A stretch of 64,000 bases of DNA, taken from Octopus bimaculoides (lineage: Eukaryota). The DNA lies in the NCBI RefSeq assembly GCF_001194135.2, contig NC_068984.1, forward strand, positions 90,831,174 to 90,895,173, given 5' to 3'. The translations under genes were made by a program, and so were the position numbers. How positions within the stretch are numbered: position 1 is the first letter of the stretch; every line of letters begins with the position of its first letter. Positions 54,205 through 64,000 of this stretch are shown here, in pieces. The notes under the pieces are model-generated. The model made no database searches and was not told where the DNA came from. It worked only from the letters and a program-made list of their open reading frames with translations.

Positions 54205-54411
54205 TGACTGGCCTTTGTGCCGGTGGCACGTAAAAGCACCCACTACACTCTCAGAGTGGTTGGCGTTAAGAAGGGCATCCAGCTGTAGAAACCCTGCCAA
54301 ATCAGATTGGTGCCTGGTGTAGCCATTTGGTTCATCAGTCCTCAGTCAAATTGTCCAACCCATGCTAGCATGGAAAGCGGACGTCAAACGATGATGATGA
54401 TGATGATGATG

Positions 54412-54412
<1 letters not shown>
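54205..54412 (+). mobile_element. RTE family A 3' end
   Basis: GGCACGTAAAAGCACCCACTACACTCTC...(GAT)n. Confidence 0.88.
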
Positions 54413-54444
<32 letters not shown>

Positions 54445-54448
<4 letters not shown>

Positions 54449-54592
54449 TCTTTTTTACTCTTTTACTCGTTTCAGTCTTTTGACTGTGGCCATGCTGGAG
54501 CACCGCCTTTAGTCGAGCAAATCGACCCCAGGACTTATTCTTTAGAAGCCTGGTACTTATTCTATCGGTCTCTTTTGCCGAACTGCTAAGTT
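54445..54592 (-). mobile_element. tRNA-derived SINE, 3' part
   Basis: CTCTTTTACTCGTTTCAGTC..GGCCATGCTGGAGCACCGCC. Confidence 0.85.
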
Positions 54593-56786
54593 ATATATAT
54601 ATATACAAGAAATAATTTTTGCCTCTTTAAAAAAAACATTGATCAGAGAACAAACATCAAATTCGAGTCAATGACTTTATGGCCTATCAAGAAGGTATAT
54701 ACAATCAACTAAAAATGCAACTAAAAATCTAAATAAAATAAAATATCGACTAAAAAAAATTTCTTCTTACTCCCCTCAAACAAAAAAGTATGTCAAAAAA
54801 TTCATATAAAAACCATGGTAGGTCGGAGTCCAGGAGCAAAAAGAGTTCCACACACACATATATATTTTCACAATTCTCAATTTTAATGTGTATTTTGATT
54901 GACATACAACAGTAACCATGGATACATATTGCAATAACAGAATAAGCAGATGTGCTTCAAGAAGAAACAGCTGGGATTTACCCTAACTACACACACACAC
55001 CAAAGCTGTTTCATGTGCTGGACTGAAGATAGCTAATTTCTCAAAAGATTCTGTGTGTCTGATTGTACTTCAAGTACATCTAATTTCTACCAATTGTGAA
55101 TAAGTCTTTACTAGGATCTCTTCTGGAAGAATATGTTCCTTCACCTATGTTTACACTAATACTATTTACCACCAATACATATTTTCGTAGAAAATGAAAC
55201 ACGTAATGAAGAATAAATAATACCAAAATTTTCCATTTTCTTGTTTTGTCATGTGTGTGTGTTTATCGAGATCAAGTAAGAGTGAGTACTTCAAAATAAT
55301 ATTTTATTTTGCTTCTGTTTTGTTAATATACATTGCTATATTTAGGTGAATACACATGTACAAGAAGGCAGCGTGGGTTGGATTATACACAAGGTGGCAG
55401 TGTGGGTTATCTTTTGCTTTGGGTCATTTTTTTTTTACCACACAAGTAAATTCACTACACTTCAAATTATTTTCCCCTTAAATAGCTAATTTTTTTTTAA
55501 CATACTAAATCTCAACCAATTATAACAAAACTTGGAAAATCAAATTTATTAATCTATTGTCAACTTGAAATGTTTTCTCTAGCCAAAATATGCTAGAATA
55601 AAATGATGTAATTATTAAACTGAAAATAATAGAGACTAAACTACTACTTCAAGTACTGAGGACTTTCAGGGAATAAAATGGAGAAAGCAGTTATAATAAA
55701 TATATGTAATACATAAATGATTTTAAACCTTTAAGCCTTATTGATGGAGTAGCCGTTTCATTATTAAGATTTTCATTCAGGAGCAATGAAAAGGCTAAGG
55801 ATTGACAGAAAGAGTTCAGTTCATACAGGACGGTGCTAAAGTTAGAGTTTAAATTAGAAGTTAAATTAGTACACAGGTTGCTAGCCACAAAAGTTCATCC
55901 CCATTCTAATTCCCTAGATTTCAATTTTGAATGATGTCCTTGGAAATATTTGAATGCTAAAGACTCAATTGTCTGTTAAAATATAAGTTATTTGCACAGG
56001 GTAGTATTTATAGGGAAGTACAATATTATGTAACTAGGTTCACAAAAGTTGCAGTGGATATTCTAATAGGAAATAAGTGTTATTGCAACACAAAACAAGA
56101 GCAGAAAAATTAAATATATTTTGCAGTCTAGTGGCATAAACTAGCACAGGAAATGGAACTAGTAATAAAATTTTGAGTAAGGAAAAGAGCATTTGCAAAC
56201 AGTAAGAAAATAAAGGTATTTCTTACAATGTAAACAATAAACTATATAATGTGCATGTACTAAGTGCGATGATACATAGCAGATTAATGTAGACAGTGAA
56301 TTGATACTTATAACAATTGCAAGGACCAAGCTGAGTATGGTTGATTTGATGTGTAATGTTACAGAATGGACTTGAGAAAGCAGCTTGATACTAAAAATTA
56401 CTGGAAACTGATAGAAACACATAATGCCAATGAATGATACTTCGTAGATAAAATAGATTATGGTGGAATGTTGGCAGGACAAAAACAGACTTGAAAAGGT
56501 AATTAGTTCAGACTTTAAAAAATTAGATAATAAGCATGAGATGATATTGTATTACAATCCTCTCTATCTCTCATACTAGGATAAAGAATAATGGTAATTG
56601 GAAGAAAAGATCTGTTTATAACTATAACATACTATTTGTAACCTAGATTTGAAACAGGAGTCCACTATTACTACTTCACTTTTCAATATTTCCTTTATTT
56701 TCATTATGGAATGTAAAATTCAAATTGTAAAATCCTTTTTAAAATTTGCATGTTTTAAAAATCTAATGTTAGTAAGCAAGGGTATA

Positions 56787-58023
56787 CAAGGGTTGGCTGA
56801 AAAGTTCATAGGCTGATTATGAAGGAGTGATGCAAGCACTGCGATATATTGCATGCATTAATTTCAACTCTTCTTATTAATAACTGCATTGTTTCTTTAC
56901 AGGTAAACAGACATCTGACTATTTAAAGAAGACTTCAAAAGTAATTAGTAGCAACTTCTCTTGAAAATGAGCAAAAGTTGGCATCATGATGTTATCAAGT
57001 ACCAGCAAAAAAAGGGTTTAGCCCCCAAGGACATTCATTCTGACATGGTTGCTACGTTAAGGAGTGATGCTCCAGCTTTACCAACAGTGCAAAAGTGAAT
57101 TAGTTGAATTTAGAAGAGGAACAGAGAGTTTTGAAGATGACTCATGGTCTGGACATCCTGCAACTGCCACCCCCAAGGAATTGATCATGTTCACCACATG
57201 GTGATGGATGACAGGCAACTGTCTATAAATCAAATAGGCAATGCTATTAGCATATCCTATGAGAGAGTTGAGAATATTTGGCACAATGAACATGGCACGA
57301 TGAAGGTTTCTGCTTGGTTGGTGCCACATCATCTGATACCTGATTAAAAATGCACTGGGCTGATCACATCACAGGAAAATCTGACATTGTTTCAGGCAGG
57401 TCTAGCTGGTTTCTTTAAATATTTCTTAACCCAGGATGAGTGTTAGGTTCGTCCCTTTGAGCCAGAGACAAAGAGACAATCTATGGAGTGGAAACACCTC
57501 TCCTCACCTGCTCCAAAGAAGGCCAAAATAGTTTCAGGATAGGTGATGACCACAGTGCTTTGGGAAGCAATAGGTATTGTGTTTATTGACTATCTTCAAA
57601 AGGACCACACAATCAATGGAGAATAAGCCAATTTGCTTAGGCAGTTATGGAAAGCTATCAAAACCAAATGGTCAGGAAAAATGACGAAAGGGGTCTTGTT
57701 TCATCAGGACAATGCTCCAGCATACAAGTCCTTGCTTTCAATGGCTGTTGTGCATGACTGTGGCTTTGAACTGGTTGATCACCCACCATATTCTCCTGAT
57801 TTGGCCCTAAAGAATATCATTTGTTCCTCAACATGAAAAGACATTTGGCTAGGAACCAGTTGTCACAGTGATGATGATGTCATATCAGCTGTTCAGGACT
57901 TTTGTGAGCAACAGGATGAAAGCTTCTACACCAATGGGATTCAAGTGTTGTAACACGGATAGAAGAAACAAACCTCAGTCACATTCCATGTGAGTATCTT
58001 GGTCAGCCTATGAACATTTCAGC
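56787..58023 (+). mobile_element. Near full-length mariner (DD34D), decayed
   Basis: Left TIR TA|CAAGGGTTGGCTGAAAAGTTCATAGGCTGA; right TIR remnant TCAGCCTATGAACATTTCAGC. Motifs FEPETKRQSMEW, LFHQDNAPAY and HPPYSPDLA. Confidence 0.92.
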
Positions 58024-58619
58024 TGTTGAAAGATAAAGTTGATAAAATAAGTACTAATAATCTAAATGAAGTGCAAGGGATAATATCTACATCATACAAA
58101 ATAAAAGTATTTCAAATAAAATGAATATGTAAAACCATTTGCTATAAGACAACCATACAAAATATAGATAAGTTGAATTCTTCAGTATTATTTTATATTT
58201 ATATGCATTCCATGTATTATTTACTGTAACATGTAATTTTCTTCAAATGATTTTATTTTTAGATTTTATGTTACCACAAAAACCCCATTACTGGCTTAGA
58301 ATTAAAGAAAGCAATCAAGTAAGTGATTAAACAGTTTCAATAAATAATGTATGGAAGACGAAAACTTAAAAGGTTAAAAAGAATAAGTTTTATCAGTCAC
58401 AGTATTTTACAAGGTGTCTCCAAATGTCTCTTTAGAATTTAAAATGATATATAAAATTGTTAAAGGATGTGGCAACAAGAAATAAATCAGGATCCTCATA
58501 GTTATGTCACTATTTGTGGAGCTTACAAGCAATTTGAAATTCAACTGAAGACCTGTCCAAGTCTGGCAAGCTAAACAGCTTCCTGTCAATATTTGTTTCC
58601 AGTAAAATTCAGTTTGATG

Positions 58620-59390
58620 TGTGTGTACACACAATTTTCTATATATGCAGATCTAGGCCTTCACTCAATTTCCCTCTTCCTCAAGCTACCCCACACCTAC
58701 TACTACTTGAACTGTAGATCTTCATTGACACCACTTTCTTACTACCCACTTGTTATCCATCCTTCATCCATTAATAAAGCTCTCTCCACCCACACTTTCA
58801 TCGATCATCCCCACTGTGCCACTAAATTATCACTCCTCTTCATACATTATGCCTGCCTCTTTCTCTTTCTTCACCATCCACTTCTGCAACCTACCAAATA
58901 GCATTTCATCTATCTTTTGTCCTCCTCTTCACTGTATTATTATTACTATTTTGCTACTCTGCAGTATCAGACACCCTCCACTCCCCCACTCACTCCCGAC
59001 CCCATTCTTACCCCTTCATACCTTGAAGGTCCACCTTGATACTATTTTTATTGCTTTTCCGGTGCCACCCAATCACCCCCACTCTTTTCTAAAATACGAG
59101 TAGTCATGTAGCTCCTCTACATCAAGAAACCTATTCTGCTGTTTCTCTCATACTTTACCATCCCACTCTACTCCACATCTTCTAGTGTAAAGTTGACCCC
59201 TTGGAGTTCACACAATTGTAAGCTGTGAGGTGACCTTGGTAGTGCTGGCGGCAAGAAAAAGTATGCATTACACACGGCTGGTGTTAGGAAGGGCATTCAG
59301 TTGTAACACTGGAACACAATGCAGTCCTTGGATCCATCAGATCCTGTCAAACTATCCAACTCAAGTCAGCATGAAACATACATGAAGATA
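58620..59390 (+). mobile_element. Dispersed retro-repeat: pyrimidine-rich body plus RTE-like tail
   Basis: The body is followed by GGTGTTAGGAAGGGCATTCAG..TCCAAC..CAGCATGAAAC. Confidence 0.55.
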
Positions 59391-59783
59391 CACACATATG
59401 TGTGTGTATATGTAAATACATGTGTGCATGTGTATACATATATATATGTGTGCAGACACACACACTAATATGTATACACACATATATACTACACATTAAA
59501 AAAAAAGTGGTATACTTTATTGATCCAATGTTGAATATAGATGTTGGGGCTACTCAGTTAAAATACACACATACACAAATGTGTATAGAAATGTAAGTAA
59601 AATACACAATATATGTAGAGTTTACATATTTATTTGAAGTTGATTATTTACTATGAATATATGTGGAGTTTCTCACAAAGATATGTATTCATTCAACCTG
59701 AATAAACAAGAAACTCAGAGTACTGATGTAGTGAATCATCGTCAACATCAGTGAGTGAGTGAGTGAGTGAGTGAGTGTGTGTG

Positions 59784-59832
<49 letters not shown>

Positions 59833-60607
59833 NNNNNNNNNNNNNNNNNNNNNNNNNATATATATATATATATATATATATATAATCCAAGAAAGTTAGG
59901 GGTTGTGAATCCAACCCACTAAGGGATAATATCTATCCAATATACTGCTGGGAGGATACCCAATTATTATTACACTAGTGTTTTTACCAAGTGCAATAAA
60001 TGGGTGCAGGTAAAAGGAGGTTTTACCCTAAATTTATATAGCAATAAGAAAATGGAGGGGAATATGAGGTACTCATCAACTTACAGACACTGTACTACGT
60101 TAATTAATCCGTTTATTTTTCAACCAAAAGGACAATAAAGACAATATACAAACACATATAACACACTATGTCATATCAACAATTAAAAATTAAAAATGCA
60201 AAAGGACATCTAGCGACTGAAGAAGGGACAAAGTCTTACAACTGTTTCAGCCTAGAGTTGGCATGCCCCATTCTATCTATTTAACTCCAGTAAGCTGGAG
60301 TAATTGATAGATGAAAAGGATGCAACGGGGGTACATGCATGATTCACTAAGCCTCTTCATAGATTTACAAAGTTCAGTTCATGAAGTTTACAAAATTCAA
60401 ATATAAATATAAAAAATAAAAGCATATAAAAAAGCATATAAAAGAAACCATATAAAGAGTCATAAAAACTCATCTATATATGCATGCATACATTAACATA
60501 TACAGATATAAATAAATACATAAACATAAATATATGAATACCTATATGTGTGTTCAGAGTACATACATAAATGTCTGTACATGCACACCAAAGAGTCAAA
60601 AGTTACA

Positions 60608-61459
60608 ATTTCAGGAGTAATCCAATGGATTTTCCCCTCACCAGTAGAATACAATAAGAAATAAATGAAATACTAACAAGCACCCATGGAAAAAAGCAGA
60701 AGCAAAAGTCATGAGTACACATAAGTACCCCAGTTATATCTAAATATAAAATTTCCGTAGCAAGCTTCAGCACACATATGATTGGTCAGGAACCACAACT
60801 TAAAGTGATCACCAGACCCAAAGTGAATGGTAATAAATTTACTTCTAATATAGGATAAAATTTTTCAAAAATTTCATCAACCATTTTAAAATACCTTTAA
60901 AGGTGTAAATTATAAACAATTATAAATAAAGGCAAAAGAAAAAAAATATCTATGCCAATATGCTGAGAAATTTATTACCATTCACTTCGGGACTGGTGAC
61001 CACTCTAAGTTGTGGTTCCTGACCGATCACACATGTGCTGAGGCTCACTATGGAATTTTTATATTTAGATATAACTGGGGTACTTATGGGTACTCATGAC
61101 TTTTGCTTCTGCTTTTTTCCATGGGTGCTTGTAAGTATTTCATTTATTTCTAATCATATTCTCTACTGATGAGGGGAAAATCTATTGGATTAATCCCAAA
61201 ATTAATTCAATATAGAGACGACGCATTTTAAAAAAATTTCGTTAGCTTGCTTTCCTCAATTTCAGCAGAACATGTATTCATGGTGATGAATATTCTACAT
61301 GGTGATTGATGATTTAAAGTGTATTTCTCAGCATATTGGCATAGAATTTTTTTCTTTTGCTCTTATTTATAATTGTTTATAATTTTCACCTTTAAAGGTA
61401 TTTTAATATGCTAGACACTTGATGAAATTTTTGAAAAATTTTATCCTATATTAGAAGTA
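60608..61459. repeat. Interleaved inverted repeats A-B-A'-X-B' (Penelope pseudo-LTR-like)
   Basis: A (60608-60840) pairs with A' (60968-61203); B (60840-60968) pairs with B' (61322-61459). Identity looks high by eye. Confidence 0.9.
61160..61218 (+). ncRNA. Type I hammerhead ribozyme motif (G12A variant, probably inactive in this copy)
   Basis: Stem I TCTCTA/TAGAGA; core CTGATGA (61166-72); stem II GGGG/TCCC with inner AATC/GATT hairpin; AAAA in place of GAAA; stem III ATT-AATTC-AAT; AUA cleavage triplet. The inverted copy (60608-60650) retains GAAA. Confidence 0.7.
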
Positions 61460-61467
61460 TATGTATG

Positions 61468-61502
<35 letters not shown>

Positions 61503-61579
61503 GTGATCTTCCAGATTGCATAATGTTATTCCTTTCTTGTGTTGAATCTGCTGTTTTAACCTCAAGAAAGTCTTTAGAT

Positions 61580-63155
61580 AACGAGTACAGTGAAGAATTC
61601 CGAGTAGAGGTAGGAGTCCACCAAGGTTCAGTCCTCAGCCCCCTCCTATTTATCATAGTCCTCCAGGCAATAACACAGGAATTCAAGACAGGATGCCTCT
61701 GGGAGCTCCTCTATGCTGATGACCTTGCGCTAATTGCTGAGTCATTATCAGAACTAGAGGAGAAGTTTCAGGTGTGGAAGCAAGGACTAGAATTGAAGGG
61801 CCTTAGAGTCAACCTAGCTAAAGCCAATGTCCTAATAAGTAGGANNNNNNNNNNACAACTTCTGCCACATTCCAGGGAGAAAAACTAGACTTAGTTGATA
61901 GCTTCCGCTATCTAGGTGACCAAGTTAGTAGTGGGGGAGAGTGCGCTGAAAGTGTAGCTGCTAGAATACGAATAGCCTGGGCAAAGTTCAGAGAACTTTT
62001 ACCTCTGCTGGTGACAAAGGGCCTCTCACTCAGAGTAAAAGGTAGACTGTATGATGCATGTGTACAAACAGCCATGCTACATGGAAGTGAAACATGGGCC
62101 GTGACTGCTGAGGACATGCTTATGCTCGCAAGGAATGAAGCCAGTATGTTCCGATGGATGTGTAATGTAAGTGTGCATACTCGACAGAGTGTAAGTGCCT
62201 TGAGAGAGAAGTTGAACCTAAGAAGCATCAGTTGTGGTGTGTAAGAGAGACGATTGCGCTGGTATGGACATGTGGCGAGAATGGATGAGGATAGCTGTGT
62301 GAAAAAGTGCCACACCCTAGCAGTTGAGGGAACCTGTGGAAGAGGTAGACCCAGGCAGACCTGGGATGAGGTGGTGAAGCATGATCTTCGAACATTAGGC
62401 CTCACCATGGCAATGACGTCTGACAGAGACCTTTGGAAATATGCAGTGCGTGAGAAGACCCAGCAAGCCGAGTGAGACCATAATCCAAGGCCTCTGCCAG
62501 GGGTGTAGCCAGCCCACTTATGCGTACTTTTCCTTCATTGGACACTAAATTCTGGTTGCGAAGACCTGTTGAGGCAAGTGAAATCGAGATCGAACTAAAT
62601 TCGATGACTGGCACCCATGCCAACGTCTCCTTCAATGGACACTAAACTCAGTTTGCGAAGACCTGTTGAGGCAAGTGAAAGCGAAATCGTGATGGCACCT
62701 GTACCACTGGAGCACTAAGAGCACTGTCCGAGCGTGATCGTTACCAGAACAGCTGTCTGGCTTCCATGCCAGTGGCACGTAAATAGCACCATTTGAGTGT
62801 GATCATTACCAGCGTCACCTTCCTGGCATTTGTGCCGTGGCACGTGTAAAGACATTCGAGCAAGGTCGTTGCCAGTGCCGCTGGACTGGCTCCTGTGCAG
62901 GAGGCATGTAAAATACACCATTTTGAGTGTGGCCGTTGCCAGTACTGCCTGACTGGCCTTCGTGTTGGTGGCACGTAAAAGCACCCACTACACTCTTGGA
63001 GTGGTTGGCGTTAGGAAGGGCATCCAGCTGTAGAAGATCTGCCAAATCAGATTGGAGCCTGGTGTAGCCATCTGGTTCACCAGTCCTCAATCAAATCAAC
63101 CAACCCATGCTAGCATGGAAAGCGGACGTTAGACGATGATGATGATGATGATGAT
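61580..63155 (+). mobile_element. 5'-truncated RTE family A LINE (relatively young copy)
   Basis: Motifs GVHQGSVLSPLLF, ELLYADDLALIAES, MLHGSETWA and RWYGHVARM; 3' UTR tandem units; (GAT)n tail. Confidence 0.95.
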
Positions 63156-63294
63156 GGTAGTGTAGCATAAGGAATAACAGTCACATTTCTCTGGTCATTT
63201 GCACACTTGCATTATCCAATGCTGCTACTCTATGAGAATTGCAGTCATCAAATGATAAGCTTATATATGCTTGTTATTAGTCTCTTCTATTTCT

Positions 63295-64000
63295 ACAGGA
63301 TGCGGTGAATAAATTGTCATCTAACTTACGCAAAAATGAAAATAACACTGACATCTCATTTTAACAGGTATATTTACCAAAATTACATAAAAATATCTTG
63401 AAATACTAAAGAGCAAATTTATTCAATAAAATTGTCATTGGCTTCAACTATGGCCACCAGACAACTTTGGAATCTCCTGCAATATTTCTGGATGGGCTCC
63501 TTGTTTAAGTTGGTGAATGCTGCCATATTCCTTGCCTTCAGATCATCTTTGGTGATACAAGGAGTTTTGTTGGTCTCTCATTCAATTGTGCCGCACACGT
63601 AATAATCAAGGGGGTTACAGTGTGGGGAGTTAGGTGGCCAGATGTTAGAGGTGATGTGGTTGCAGAAATTGTCTGACAGCCTCAACTGGGTTTTCCTGCT
63701 TGTGTGGCATAGTGCAGAGTCCTGTTGCCAGACAGGGTCTTCCAGCAGCCACCCTCTTGACCCAGGGCAGCACTACCTCCTCCAGGCACTTGATGTAGGC
63801 CTCCATGTTGAGTCTGAGGTTGAGTGGGTAGATGAATGGAGGCACAACATTACCATCACTAGTGATCACTCCAAACACCATGATGTTAACTGGATGTTTG
63901 ATTTTTATCACTCTCCTCAAATTGATTGTCCTCAGACTGACACCCAAACACTCTGAAATGTTTGTACTGGAGCTTCCAGTACAAATGCCAAGCAGTACAG
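63295..64000 (-). mobile_element. maT (DD37D)-type Tc1/mariner transposon, 3' part; continues beyond the window
   Basis: Motifs KHPVNIMVFGVITSDG, YIKCLEEVVLPW and WPPNSPHCNPLDY. A TIR-like TA|CAGGATGCGGTGAATAAATTG lies at about 63295. Confidence 0.85.

Noticed and set aside
55691-55975. Minus-strand ORF-like region (MASNLCTNL...)
   Set aside because: It has an in-frame stop upstream, low-complexity composition and no family motif.
58405-58600. TACAAGGTGTCTCCAAA, a Tc1/mariner TIR-like start
   Set aside because: No partner TIR or transposase motif was found.

Overview
AT-rich, microsatellite-dense eukaryotic intronic/intergenic DNA with nine short N gaps. The repeat complement (tRNA-derived SINEs and RTE LINEs ending in (GAT)n) suggests an octopus genome; this is inferred, not verified. 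The only host gene I can support is the 5' half of a 6-phosphofructo-2-kinase/fructose-2,6-bisphosphatase (PFKFB) on the minus strand. It has four well-supported coding exons (17836-17961, 14363-14459, 10354-10417, 9646-9780), two candidate phase-1 first exons (35574-35610, 34963-34978) and a candidate 27-nt microexon (25847-25873). The remaining exons lie left of the window or in a gap. The rest is mostly decayed mobile DNA: RTE, CR1-like and Penelope-like retroelements, a Gypsy gag, Tc1, mariner, maT, Tigger, hAT, a Merlin-like MITE, a Helitron-like element and SINEs. The most striking observation is a near-canonical type I hammerhead ribozyme at 61160-61218, inside interleaved inverted repeats resembling Penelope pseudo-LTRs. 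There are also several long hairpins, a head-to-head telomeric palindrome at the centre of a MITE, and a CpG-retaining promoter region that may be bidirectional. Exon coordinates were hand-counted; repeat boundaries are approximate.
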